Virus record (IMG/VR): IMGVR_UViG_3300014720_000030
Span: 1 to 64,000 of that record
Source: a virus
Reading direction: 5' to 3' (one strand)
DNA length: 64,000 bases
Shown: positions 49,964-60,760 of the stretch, piece after piece
Layout: every line of letters begins with the position of its first letter
Numbering within the stretch: position 1 is the first letter of the stretch
Notes under the pieces: model-generated
What the model saw: only the letters and a program-made list of their open reading frames with translations
Database searches by the model: none
Told to the model about the DNA's origin: nothing
Made by a program: the position numbers and the translations under genes

Positions 49964-52900
49964 CTATACTAAAACAAAACTACCTTGTTCACCATTGTTT
50001 TGATAAATTAATTGATTTGGATTTGCCGTTCTCCACTCTACAACAGGTCCGCCATCTACGGTTTGAGTTGAATTGATATTAAAATCAGGCGAAGTAAGTT
50101 TTGCACCAGCATACCGTTGATTTTCAATACCTTGTGGTAAATAATCTTGAAACTCGGCAAAACTTCCGGTAAACTTTTTACTTAATGTTAAAGCATATGA
50201 ACTAGAGCCATATGTACCAGTACCGTAAAACCCAATTACGCCCGAAGATGTTATTGCAGTTGCATCAATCAATTTAAATTCTGAATATGTGCTTGTAATA
50301 TAAATTGGAGCCGTTCCTTCGCTGAGCCAATATGGTGTTGATGCTGTAATATAAGTACTACCAGACCGTACTAAATATTGATGCGAATACGTAACACCAT
50401 CATATTTATCAGCAGTTGATGCAGTCAAATATATTTGCCATTGATCATCATCTTCGGCTGTAAGTGATAATATTGCTCCATCAATTGCACCTAAATATTG
50501 TAAATAATCTCCCGATGTTGTTGGCGCTGTGTCTACAATTGTAGTTGTAAATGAACTATCATATCGTTCTATTTTTGGAAGAATTGAATCTTTGCTACGT
50601 TCAAAAATGTTTGGCTGAATCATGATGCCTGTTAATTTATCAGTTCGCGCCGGTAACAATTGTTCTAATTGCCGGAAAAATGATAAATCAAACATTGTAA
50701 ACATGGAAATATATGCATTGATATCATTTTTATTTTGATATTTTTTCCAATATGATTGTGCTGCTTGAATTAATTTAGGATATGATTTTGAATCAGTTTC
50801 GCCCGGATCACCAATGTATTGATCTAATTCTGCAAATCCTAGTTGTGCAATTATATCTTCATCAATCATGGTCTGCGGAGAAAAATAAACACCTAATTTT
50901 TTGCTATCTAACGGTGCAGTATCAAACTGACTACGTTCTGCTCTAGTTTTTATATCTAATGAGCCAACTAATCGATTTGATTCAATTCTAATTTTATTAT
51001 CATCAAGTGTACCAACTCCTATCGATGGCGCATCATAATAATACGTTTCTTCATATGAATCATATGGGGTGTTTATAGACCAACCCGCAAATGATGCAGA
51101 TATTGTAGATGACTTAGGTTGCACTCCAGTTAAGCTACCCGTTAATGCATGATTGATTTTTTGTGTTAATGGCAATCTAAATACCAATTCATCATATGCA
51201 TCTATATTTGCATTATATGCTCCCGGAGCTTTAACGTGATTATTAAATGCATTATCATTTAATGATGATGACCAAAATCTTAATTCTTGTAATTGACCAA
51301 CAAATCTACTAGCACCTGCAGAAGTTCCGCCTAATGTAAGTGTACTCGATCCAGCAAATGATGCAGTAGCTGAAGCTGATACTGCAGCTACAACTTTGCC
51401 ATATTTAGATTTTTTTGTAATTAAATCTAAATTAGTACCATTTGTTCGCAATACGGTAGAAACCCATTCGTCATTGTATAATTCAATTAATCCCGAAGAT
51501 GTGCCATTAATTTTCATGACACCCTTGTTACCACTATTAAACTCCATTGTAACCGCATTAGCACCTATGTTAAACAGGTTCATAGTAGTTGGTATCAAAG
51601 GATTAGTTGCAATATTATCTGGTCTAAAACGAAGTTCAACCGCGTTAATTGACTGCGAATAATTTACAGTAACCGTTCCTGCTGCATTGCCACTTAAATC
51701 TAATGCATAATCAAAATTGTATTTTTCATATACAGGAGCTCGATCTAATCTTGGTCCACCATATTCGTTGATACTTATAAATGATTGTGGAATTCCGTAA
51801 CATGCAAGTAGTGCTTGTACGCTGCGTTTAGTTCCTTTTGATTTTAATAATAATGGCAAGTTATTAACAATCCTACGCCATATAGCATATGTTATATTTT
51901 GTCCAGAAACTGACGGATCTCCAACGGTATTTGATCCAGTTAACGGAACTCCAGCTTCTGATGTTCCCAGTACATACTGCCATAATTCTTGCGATTGATT
52001 TCCATTAGTTAAATTCCATCCGAATTGTTTTGCAACTGAATATAATAATTCATTAGGCATACCCAATTTAGGATTCTCTTCTCGTTTATTAACTAATGAT
52101 ATATTACGGATATATGTATGCAATATATCAAAATGTTGACCTAACATATGAGTAAATGTAATCAAATCAACATTTGCCGAATCATTTCGTATAAATTCTG
52201 GTATAACATAGTATAAAGAATTTATATTTTCAACATCATAAAATGAAGCTGAATCGTATAGTCCGTTATACCAATTATTGAATATACTACTAGTAGTTGA
52301 AACTAATGCGTATGGTTTTGTTGCATTTAATTTTGGTACTGGACTAACATAGCTACCAGTTAATCTACTAACATTAGCTAATTCTAATGGCAATGTATAC
52401 GTAGTTAATTTTGATGATGATTCATAGTATAGAAATTTTTCAAAATCATCAAATCCACTAATTAATGAAGTTTTTAAATTAAAAAAGTCTTGTGAATTAG
52501 TAGTAGCAACACTGCCAGATAATGATGCTACTGCTGAACTTTGACTAGTATATTGTTCTAATAGTTGTAATTTATATTTAAAGTTTTCTAAACGTTCTGT
52601 TGCAGAACTATAAAAAACAAAGTTATTGAAGTCCGAATAATCAATATTTAATTTAACTCCAGATAAACTTCCTGAAAAATATGCATCTACAATTTGTTGC
52701 GATGTTTGAACCGATGAACCTAATATATCTGTCCAAGTTCTATAATCAGTTCCTGCTGAAGTTTGTTGTGGAGAAAATGCTTGCCAATTTGGTCCAGCTA
52801 AAGAATTAAATTGTTTTTTATTAACCTTAGGTTGAATTGCAACTCGGTCAATATATGTAGGTTTTTGTTCTTCTACAACCCAACACTTAAAATCTACTGC

Positions 52901-53536
52901 AATATCTTGCGATAATGGGTCATGAAGTTTAACGTATAGATATTCCCCAATTACTACACTATTAACAAATAATGCGCAGTTATTTCTACTAAAATTTAAT
53001 AGATATGGTTTATAATACTGTTGTGTTGTTTGATTTACAGTTTGAATATAATTGGTAATCTGCTGTAAAAATTCTAGGTCGGTATCATCAATTGCACGAA
53101 GCCGTATCTCGGTACGATCTGGAGATATTTCATCTATTCGTAGATGCTGTCGCTCATAACTACCAATTAAATTTTTAAAGAAATTAAATGCAATACGGAA
53201 ATTGCCTGCCGTTAATTTTAATTTTTCAAACTCAGAATATAAATCAATACCAATTGCAGTATTAATTGGTATTATTGCATTAGTAGCTTTGTCTTTAAAT
53301 TCAGGTATTTTTGTTTGAAATTGAATTTTATGATTTCCTGTTAACCAAGTATCATTAGAATATACATGAAATTCAATTCGATTATCATCGGACACATTAA
53401 TAATATCCGTATTTAGATATACTGGCTCTACAAGATCATATGCTGCAAATTCAGATTTAGTTCGAACAATACGTTCACCAGAAACGGATTGTATTGCCGA
53501 TTTAATTTGTTCTATATTTTTATACTGGGTTAACAT
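49964..53536 (-). CDS. large baseplate wedge protein (gp7-like)
   Basis: 1190 aa; LLKSKGTKRSVQALLACYG motif typical of wedge/tail-I domains; LamG-like insert. Confidence 0.65.
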   Translation of the reverse strand: MLTQYKNIEQIKSAIQSVSGERIVRTKSEFAAYDLVEPVYLNTDIINVSDDNRIEFHVYSNDTWLTGNHKIQFQTKIPEFKDKATNAIIPINTAIGIDLYSEFEKLKLTAGNFRIAFNFFKNLIGSYERQHLRIDEISPDRTEIRLRAIDDTDLEFLQQITNYIQTVNQTTQQYYKPYLLNFSRNNCALFVNSVVIGEYLYVKLHDPLSQDIAVDFKCWVVEEQKPTYIDRVAIQPKVNKKQFNSLAGPNWQAFSPQQTSAGTDYRTWTDILGSSVQTSQQIVDAYFSGSLSGVKLNIDYSDFNNFVFYSSATERLENFKYKLQLLEQYTSQSSAVASLSGSVATTNSQDFFNLKTSLISGFDDFEKFLYYESSSKLTTYTLPLELANVSRLTGSYVSPVPKLNATKPYALVSTTSSIFNNWYNGLYDSASFYDVENINSLYYVIPEFIRNDSANVDLITFTHMLGQHFDILHTYIRNISLVNKREENPKLGMPNELLYSVAKQFGWNLTNGNQSQELWQYVLGTSEAGVPLTGSNTVGDPSVSGQNITYAIWRRIVNNLPLLLKSKGTKRSVQALLACYGIPQSFISINEYGGPRLDRAPVYEKYNFDYALDLSGNAAGTVTVNYSQSINAVELRFRPDNIATNPLIPTTMNLFNIGANAVTMEFNSGNKGVMKINGTSSGLIELYNDEWVSTVLRTNGTNLDLITKKSKYGKVVAAVSASATASFAGSSTLTLGGTSAGASRFVGQLQELRFWSSSLNDNAFNNHVKAPGAYNANIDAYDELVFRLPLTQKINHALTGSLTGVQPKSSTISASFAGWSINTPYDSYEETYYYDAPSIGVGTLDDNKIRIESNRLVGSLDIKTRAERSQFDTAPLDSKKLGVYFSPQTMIDEDIIAQLGFAELDQYIGDPGETDSKSYPKLIQAAQSYWKKYQNKNDINAYISMFTMFDLSFFRQLEQLLPARTDKLTGIMIQPNIFERSKDSILPKIERYDSSFTTTIVDTAPTTSGDYLQYLGAIDGAILSLTAEDDDQWQIYLTASTADKYDGVTYSHQYLVRSGSTYITASTPYWLSEGTAPIYITSTYSEFKLIDATAITSSGVIGFYGTGTYGSSSYALTLSKKFTGSFAEFQDYLPQGIENQRYAGAKLTSPDFNINSTQTVDGGPVVEWRTANPNQLIYQNNGEQGSFVLV

Positions 53537-54374
53537 TTAACTCCTGATTCCAAAGATCTACATTTTTATTTGCATCTGTAATAACCCAATATGACTGTAA
53601 TGCATTTATTGTGTGAAATTGCGTATCATTATTTTGTCCGGCTTTCGCTCCGATGCTAAAGCTATCTCCAATTTCAAATTCTGAATTAGGAATAACGATG
53701 TCAACTTCTAAATCTTGAACTTCATATTGATTTATAGATCCTGGCGTATTAGGTACAAATGTTGAAGTATTTTCAAATGTACGATATTCCCTATCTAAGC
53801 CTTGTTCGCTTGCTTTAATTATAGAAAAATACGCAGTACCATGGCCAGACGGTGCATCATATCGATGTTGCAATTTGATTCTAAATCGAAGATCGACGTC
53901 TAAATTTTTAATTTCTTTTGAAATTGTATATCTGTTTGTATATTGTTGCGATAATCCATCTTGTACATCATCCATTAAAATACCAGAATAATCTGTACCT
54001 TCTAAAATTAGTCTGTTTTCACTTGGACGATATCTTGCAAACACCGGATCTGGTAATGCTAGATCTACATTTAAATCTAAATCAAGTGACGCATTATCAA
54101 ATTTAATACTAACAGGGAAACTATAGTAAGTAAACTGAGTATCTATTACTTTAAGTATAGATGCATTAGTAATTCTTTGTGTAGTTGGTTCTATAATCAA
54201 TAATTGGTTTTTTTCTATACCCTCCTGTAAATTTATATTACCATTTTCATCTCGAATTACAACAGAATTATTATTAGAAAGTTTAGTTAAACCATCACGT
54301 TGATATTCCGTTTGACGTTTAGCCGCAAAATCGTCTAATTTTGATAACGCAGATGTATTTAATTGTATATTCAT
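53520..54374 (-). CDS. hypothetical baseplate-region protein
   Basis: 284-aa ORF coupled within the baseplate operon. Confidence 0.65.
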   Translation of the reverse strand: MNIQLNTSALSKLDDFAAKRQTEYQRDGLTKLSNNNSVVIRDENGNINLQEGIEKNQLLIIEPTTQRITNASILKVIDTQFTYYSFPVSIKFDNASLDLDLNVDLALPDPVFARYRPSENRLILEGTDYSGILMDDVQDGLSQQYTNRYTISKEIKNLDVDLRFRIKLQHRYDAPSGHGTAYFSIIKASEQGLDREYRTFENTSTFVPNTPGSINQYEVQDLEVDIVIPNSEFEIGDSFSIGAKAGQNNDTQFHTINALQSYWVITDANKNVDLWNQELNVNPV

Positions 54375-55489
54375 TATCTAGTTACTTTGAAATATATTTG
54401 ATCATCTATATATTGTTCTGTAAATCCATCTACTAATTTTAAATTTATTCGATAATAACGCTCTGGCATTAAACCGTTCATATCCATGTAAATAAAATTA
54501 CTAGTACTATCACAACTTACTTTAGTATAAATATTATCGTAAGGAATTATGACTTCATCTGTAGCTGCATCAGAAACTGAATAATATGATGATGTTGGCA
54601 GAAATTTTACGGTTTGAATTGGAAATAAATTTGTTGCAGATTTTTGCGGATATTTATCTCGTGCGTAAATTCGTATTTTTGAAATTTCTGTGTCTTTATA
54701 AGTTGGTTTAATCTTTGTATATACCTCATACGAATCTAAATTAACGGATGTTAATGATCCGGTTGTAAACGTAGTATTATTAAAATACATTGTTAGTTTA
54801 GGCACATAAATTGTATGAGTTTCTCTACTAAAAAATCTTACATAGCCAGCAACATTATTATTTGTTTCATCTGCATCCGAAAATTGAAGCAAAAATCCGT
54901 AATTCGGAATTGATATTCCGTTGCTGCCACTTAACCAAATTTTAACTGCATCAGTTACATCGAGATTTAAATCACTTGTACGATAAGAAAATGATTCAGA
55001 TGCAATTAATGATAATGTATTTCCTGAACCAGAATAATACAAATAATTTCCTCCTGCCCCTGACCCAGAAATATACAAACTACTAGAATTAATATTGACG
55101 TATTGACTACCCGATATCCATGTAGATCCAGATGCCGATCCAGACCACGTTGCACCATCAATATTTAATGCAGCTAAATATCCTGTACCATTAACCCAAT
55201 CTTGACCCAACATCTTTGCGTTAATGATATAATCAGACGGCAAATTTTTTGCATGAGATGTATATAAATTTAATATGAATTTACAATCATTAACCGTTTT
55301 AGAATATTTTGATAATGATGCTGAAATTTCAGTCATATCAAATTTGACAATACTTCTAGATTTTAATAACGTATCACCTTGTGCATCTAAACGTTTTCCT
55401 ACTTCTAGTATTTCATCTAGTCCTGTATTATAATCAGGGTACCGTTCATACAACGTTGTGTCTTTTGATGCATAAAATATTCTAAACAT
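54374..55489 (-). CDS. virion structural protein (DNRLRE-like)
   Basis: KDTTLYE, RSIVKFD, DVTDAVKIW...NYGFLL, FFSRET...PKL. Confidence 0.6.
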   Translation of the reverse strand: MFRIFYASKDTTLYERYPDYNTGLDEILEVGKRLDAQGDTLLKSRSIVKFDMTEISASLSKYSKTVNDCKFILNLYTSHAKNLPSDYIINAKMLGQDWVNGTGYLAALNIDGATWSGSASGSTWISGSQYVNINSSSLYISGSGAGGNYLYYSGSGNTLSLIASESFSYRTSDLNLDVTDAVKIWLSGSNGISIPNYGFLLQFSDADETNNNVAGYVRFFSRETHTIYVPKLTMYFNNTTFTTGSLTSVNLDSYEVYTKIKPTYKDTEISKIRIYARDKYPQKSATNLFPIQTVKFLPTSSYYSVSDAATDEVIIPYDNIYTKVSCDSTSNFIYMDMNGLMPERYYRINLKLVDGFTEQYIDDQIYFKVTR

Positions 55490-55497
55490 TTTAATCC

Positions 55498-57378
55498 TTA
55501 ATAATTAACTACTCGGCCACGTATATCTTGATTAGGAAACTTAACTTCAAACATACTAGGATCCAATGACGGATAAATTATTCCATTTTTTGTAGCCGAT
55601 GCTAAATCATATGCATTGCCAGAATAATTTAAATCAGAATCATATAAATTTTTAAATGAAACATTAACTACTGACTGAACTCCTTTTACGTTTGCTATTA
55701 AATTTGCAACATCTGATTTTATAATAGGTTGATTTATTTGCCAACGATCAACGTTAAAATACGCTCTAAGATCACTAATACATTTCAACAATACTTCATT
55801 GCTATTATAATTTGTTAATACTGATATTTCAAAATCAATACCAACGTTAATAATAAATGCATCTTTAATATTTACCGCATCTGTTAAAATTCGATAATAA
55901 TTTAAATATGTTTTTAAATTTTGCTTGATTGCATCATTAACTGCAGTAAGTTGTTTATTTTTATTATAGCCCAAAATATACATATTCATTGCATACGGAT
56001 TTAAAATTCTGTTTTTTTCTAAATCCTGTTGAGAAATTTGATCATCGGGAACTATATATGCCTTAGCAACGCTTCCAAACTTTGCCGGCATTGAATATGT
56101 TCGAATTATATAATCGTCTCGGGTTACTAAACGATTTTGTGTAGCAAAATTAGCCAATGCGTTATTCTTAATATCATCTAACGTGTCTGCCGTTTTTGCA
56201 CCAACAGCTGGATTCACGTTTGTTACAGCTAATGATGATTTTATAAGATTTACAATGTTTATGTTGTTTGTAGAATTAATATCCTCAACATACTCTATTC
56301 CGATAATATTAGTCAATGTATTTGCATCTACATTATCTTCAATTCCATTACCAACTGTATATGTAATTGTTAGCGTTGTGTTAGATGGCGCTTGTCCGTA
56401 TGTTCGAGTATATAAAAAATTAGATGGATCAATATCTATATTAACATTTCTTCGAAGCGTAGATAATCCATTTCCTACGTTAGACGGATTTGGAACAATT
56501 TCTTCATCGTTATTATCAGAAACACCTGCACCAAATTGAATTTCTAATTTATTATCTGCACGTAATCTACTAACAAATCGTTTTGCAGTTTTACGTAATT
56601 TTAATAAACTAGGAGCAGATGAACGATATGATGCAAAGTCTGGATCATTTTCTAGTAAATTTGGTACTTCTTCAAATATCGTATCTTGTGCTAAATATGA
56701 AACTTCATACCAATTATCTCCGTCTGATTCAGTAACCGAAACTATTTCAATAACATTTAAATCTGACAATACTACCTTGTCATAAGGTATAGGAGCGCCA
56801 AATGTAAAAGTAGCTGTTTTAATTTCACCCGAAACAGCAGGTACTTGTTTTTTTAACAAATAATACGTTGGTAATTTTGTAGCATTATTACTTTCATATA
56901 TGGTTATTTCAGTTGGATCATATGATGATGAAAATCCAAATTCTACTGATTCTAAGGTTCTAAATACTGAATTTGATGTTGTATGTTTAACTCGCATTCC
57001 TGGTTTAATTGATAATGCATAATTAAAATCGGGTCGTACGGAAGTACCTGTTCCTATTGCAGGAACCAATTGATATACATCTAATACTACATGTGCAGGA
57101 ATTGAATTTTTTGGTTGATACCCCAATGTTTTTGCAATATCATATATATTACCTCGTTCTGTCGCATATTGCAACATCGATTCTTTTAAATTGTTATCAG
57201 TATAATATGAAAGAACATCGCCTACATATGATGCCATATTAATAAACAATGTTCCTGGCGACGATTCATTGAAGTTAGTATATGTAGTAGGAAAGTATTG
57301 TTTAGCAAAATCAATTAAATTTTGCCGAAATTGTCCAAAATCTTTTCCTAAATATGAAACATCTTTATTATTTTCCAT
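55498..57378 (-). CDS. baseplate wedge protein (T4 gp6 / baseplate J-like)
   Basis: DFGQFRQNLI, SYVGDVLSYY, IQFGAG, QNRLVTRDDY. Confidence 0.88.
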   Translation of the reverse strand: MENNKDVSYLGKDFGQFRQNLIDFAKQYFPTTYTNFNESSPGTLFINMASYVGDVLSYYTDNNLKESMLQYATERGNIYDIAKTLGYQPKNSIPAHVVLDVYQLVPAIGTGTSVRPDFNYALSIKPGMRVKHTTSNSVFRTLESVEFGFSSSYDPTEITIYESNNATKLPTYYLLKKQVPAVSGEIKTATFTFGAPIPYDKVVLSDLNVIEIVSVTESDGDNWYEVSYLAQDTIFEEVPNLLENDPDFASYRSSAPSLLKLRKTAKRFVSRLRADNKLEIQFGAGVSDNNDEEIVPNPSNVGNGLSTLRRNVNIDIDPSNFLYTRTYGQAPSNTTLTITYTVGNGIEDNVDANTLTNIIGIEYVEDINSTNNINIVNLIKSSLAVTNVNPAVGAKTADTLDDIKNNALANFATQNRLVTRDDYIIRTYSMPAKFGSVAKAYIVPDDQISQQDLEKNRILNPYAMNMYILGYNKNKQLTAVNDAIKQNLKTYLNYYRILTDAVNIKDAFIINVGIDFEISVLTNYNSNEVLLKCISDLRAYFNVDRWQINQPIIKSDVANLIANVKGVQSVVNVSFKNLYDSDLNYSGNAYDLASATKNGIIYPSLDPSMFEVKFPNQDIRGRVVNY

Positions 57379-57400
57379 TTATTGTCCTACTTAATATACG

Positions 57401-57862
57401 TTAGTTGCCACCAACTATTTGATTATTTTGAATAATTACAGTACCAGTATTAGTTGCTGATATAACTAGTTCTGCAGCAACTTCTACAACATTAACATTG
57501 AATTGAATTTTTACTACAACATCATATGTTAATTGCGGATTATCTTCAGGTGTAGTGACATCAATTGATGTAATTTCTATTAATCCAACTACAAAATACG
57601 TACTTACTGCACTACGTATTTCTTCATCAATATCTTGTTTAATGAACGAATTATTTGGTTCAAACAATATACGTAACAAATTGGTACCGAAACTAGGATT
57701 ACCAACAATTTCACCCGGCATTGTTAACAATAAAAATTTTAAATCGTTGATTGTTTGATCTAAAGTTTTATTTGTAGAAGTAAATATATTTTGTGTAGAA
57801 ATGCCTAAACCATACGGTGTATTTTTAGTAATAGTTGCAGGATTAACTACTAAATATGGCAC
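57401..57862 (-). CDS. baseplate wedge / sheath initiator (T4 gp25-like)
   Basis: LLLTMPGE..GNPSFGTNL..LFEP. Confidence 0.85.
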   Translation of the reverse strand: MPYLVVNPATITKNTPYGLGISTQNIFTSTNKTLDQTINDLKFLLLTMPGEIVGNPSFGTNLLRILFEPNNSFIKQDIDEEIRSAVSTYFVVGLIEITSIDVTTPEDNPQLTYDVVVKIQFNVNVVEVAAELVISATNTGTVIIQNNQIVGGN

Positions 57863-57863
57863 G

Positions 57864-58367
57864 TTATTTTCCTTTTTTATTGTTAATGGCTTTCATTAAA
57901 GCCGAATAATCTCGAGTCATTGCTTGTTGAACTTCTTGCGGTACTTCAAATACCTTACCCGTTTCAGGATCTTCCATTACTTTAGGTGCAGCAGGGGCAA
58001 CACCTATTGCCTCTTTCATGTTTTGTCGCATTGCACCAAAATTAACTGCATCGCGTGATGTCATTCGAATTTCTTCCATTCCTTCATTCATTATATCTCG
58101 AAAACTATTTAATGCTAATGGTTGATCTTCCGTTAATGCATCAGTTTCATTAAGTACGTTAGCCCATTTATTATCATTAAACTGAACTGTTTTACGTTTC
58201 GGCGATGGTGGTAGATTTTTATGACTAGGCATATTAGTTGTTTTTGCTGGTTGTTTCATCTCCGTAATTGTAGATTGTAAACCCTCACGAAGAATTTCAG
58301 TTAATTCTTCTTTTATAACTTCTCGTACGGCAGTTTTAAGTGCTTTTACTAATGTTTTTGAATCCAT
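57864..58367 (-). CDS. hypothetical protein
   Basis: VREVIKEELTEILRE leader; TRDYSALMKA C-terminus; late box 58381-58389. Confidence 0.7.
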   Translation of the reverse strand: MDSKTLVKALKTAVREVIKEELTEILREGLQSTITEMKQPAKTTNMPSHKNLPPSPKRKTVQFNDNKWANVLNETDALTEDQPLALNSFRDIMNEGMEEIRMTSRDAVNFGAMRQNMKEAIGVAPAAPKVMEDPETGKVFEVPQEVQQAMTRDYSALMKAINNKKGK

Positions 58368-58394
58368 ATGACTTCTTTTATATAAATATTAGGT

Positions 58395-59240
58395 TTAGTA
58401 ATTTATGCCTAACGGCCATTCTGTATCAGATAATTTCGGTCCGTAAAATATTAAATTTTCTGTATCAATATAATAATCACCCAATTTACCAATATCTGCT
58501 GTTGGTCTTCCGGTTTGTTGAAATACTGTACTCGGAGCTTCTTGTAAATTACTTAATACATTTAATTGTCTAGTAATTAAAGTTTGAATTGTATTAGCTC
58601 TATCAAGTAAATCTTGTTCCGACACATTAATGTCTCGATAAAAATCTGATGGAAATAAATCGTTGTATGTATTTATGTCGACTGGGGCTGAGGTATCAAT
58701 TGTAGGCATTGTAATATCAGGTACATCCCCATTACATGCACTGCTTAATTTTTTCAATGCTTCTTGAATTGGCGGCATTACTACCGGCGGCAATTTATTA
58801 ATTAATGTTGGAGGATATTCTGCTAATTGATTAATACATGTTAATGCATTCGAAATAGTTGCATTTTGAATTTCTTGTAATTGTTGTGCAATAAACAATG
58901 GAGCCGTAACTGGATTTGACAATTGTGCAGCTGTAATTGCAGTCTTTATACCTTGCGCAACGTTAACCACAGTTTTTACCGTATTAACTACTTGTTGAAC
59001 TTTAGGTATAGTTTGCTGTACTTGTTGAATTTGTTGTTGAATTGCTTCTAAATCTCGTTTAAGTTTTTTGATTTTAGGATCATCACACTTACATTTTATT
59101 GGGATCTGAATCGAATCTTGTACTACTTTTAAGGATTGATCAATCAACTTATCCGCCTCCTTTAAACCTAATTCAACTAGTTGATTAGTTAATTTACCAG
59201 CTAATTTAGGTATTTCATCTAATGGTGGTACTATTGCCAT
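58395..59240 (-). CDS. hypothetical baseplate-region protein
   Basis: 281 aa; coiled coil; C-terminal G..GDYYID..FYGPK motif. Confidence 0.65.
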   Translation of the reverse strand: MAIVPPLDEIPKLAGKLTNQLVELGLKEADKLIDQSLKVVQDSIQIPIKCKCDDPKIKKLKRDLEAIQQQIQQVQQTIPKVQQVVNTVKTVVNVAQGIKTAITAAQLSNPVTAPLFIAQQLQEIQNATISNALTCINQLAEYPPTLINKLPPVVMPPIQEALKKLSSACNGDVPDITMPTIDTSAPVDINTYNDLFPSDFYRDINVSEQDLLDRANTIQTLITRQLNVLSNLQEAPSTVFQQTGRPTADIGKLGDYYIDTENLIFYGPKLSDTEWPLGINY

Positions 59241-59267
59241 ATTTTACTTTTATTTTCTAGGATTAAA

Positions 59268-60305
59268 CTACACTGTTATTTTTCTAGGATTAAATTCCAT
59301 TCGGTATTTTGAACTTACTAAATCATCTAATTTTTTACGGGCAGAGCTTAACTGAGTTTGTGATATAAATCCTCCAGTTAATTCACCGCATTGTATAGAA
59401 ACAAATTGTAAATGATCTAATATTTTTCCTAATACATCTAACAATACATCTCCATGAACCAATGGTTGACTTGCCTTTTCTCCACCAATATGTATTTCTC
59501 CTGGCGTATTTAATATGATACCCATTTCAGAATCAATAACGGCAACATCGCGTTTAGCTCGAAGTATGATTCGATCTGCAATGCCTACAAATTGCGAACC
59601 TGCAAATGAATTATGTACTGTCAAATCTCGAGATAATTTTAATGTACTTAAGTTTTGTGTGCTAGTTAAATACAATGATGATGCATCTCGTTCTGCGTCT
59701 TCTACAACAAATTCTTTTTTCGATAAGTTTTCACTCCCATTAGATAAAACAATAATTGGATCGCCTGAGTTATTGCTTGACCATGGCGCTTGTTTATGAT
59801 AATGTCCGGCAGGCGATGATGCAATGCTACTACCCAATCGAATACTATTACTCCAACGACCTTCTAGCAACGTATCACCCTCATATGGTTGTAATGGAGA
59901 TATTACACGTTGTTCAAACGTCTTCCCGGGTTTAATATTTTGAATTTCTTGTTGAGAACTGTTTGATGATATTCCTGGCAACATGTTTTCATTGATAGAT
60001 GAATGAACCGATAATGTAGTTAGATAATACCAAGTTTCTCGCCATTGTGTATTAGTAGTTAATTCATTGAATGTTTTATATATTAATACAAATTCGCCAA
60101 TTAATGGAATTTGTTTGTTAGTAATATTAGCTGGTTTTGCTGTTATTATGCGGGAATTAAAATAATCGCCGCACGTTCTAATTTTAATAGCAAACAATGA
60201 GTTTGTATTTCCTACGGATGTTGTATCCGGAGCTTTGTAGTTATAAGTATATTCATAATCAATTACTTCACCTACATCCCATTCTAATTTACGTTCTTCA
60301 GACAT
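59268..60305 (-). CDS. baseplate central spike (gp5/gpV-like, no lysozyme domain seen)
   Basis: PLIGEFV OB-fold motif, EGDTLLEGRWSNSIRLG, IHIG...PLVHGD. Confidence 0.65.
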   Translation of the reverse strand: MSEERKLEWDVGEVIDYEYTYNYKAPDTTSVGNTNSLFAIKIRTCGDYFNSRIITAKPANITNKQIPLIGEFVLIYKTFNELTTNTQWRETWYYLTTLSVHSSINENMLPGISSNSSQQEIQNIKPGKTFEQRVISPLQPYEGDTLLEGRWSNSIRLGSSIASSPAGHYHKQAPWSSNNSGDPIIVLSNGSENLSKKEFVVEDAERDASSLYLTSTQNLSTLKLSRDLTVHNSFAGSQFVGIADRIILRAKRDVAVIDSEMGIILNTPGEIHIGGEKASQPLVHGDVLLDVLGKILDHLQFVSIQCGELTGGFISQTQLSSARKKLDDLVSSKYRMEFNPRKITV

Positions 60306-60736
60306 TATATGGTACCACCTTGAATTTTATTTTTTGTTGCATCAATAGTTTGTTTTAACGCAGCAGTTTCTTGTTCAATGTTATCCAATTCATCAGATAA
60401 TTCGGATGATAACGTTTGTTCAGCAACGCGTAATAATTGTTGTTTTTCTTCGTCACTAAGTAAACCATCAGCACCAGATATCGTTTGTTTGGTTGAAATA
60501 TATCGTTGAACTATTGCAGTTAATTTTACAAGATGATCATCATTTTTAACTGCAACATCTAGATATTCTTTAATTAAAGGAACAATAATAGTAGCATCAG
60601 ATGCATTTTTTATTAGCGGCTGAAGTTGTGCAATAAGCTGATTAATTTGACGATCTTTTTTTTTAGAATTGTGATATACGTCGGACATTAAATCAGCAAA
60701 AGTAGTTCCTTTAAATAGTTCATCATTCTTGTCCAT
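60305..60736 (-). CDS. helical hypothetical protein, possible terminase small subunit
   Basis: 143 aa, all-helical, late box upstream; the function is only a guess. Confidence 0.35.
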   Translation of the reverse strand: MDKNDELFKGTTFADLMSDVYHNSKKKDRQINQLIAQLQPLIKNASDATIIVPLIKEYLDVAVKNDDHLVKLTAIVQRYISTKQTISGADGLLSDEEKQQLLRVAEQTLSSELSDELDNIEQETAALKQTIDATKNKIQGGTI

Positions 60737-60760
60737 ACGTAAAACCTTTTAAAATAAATA

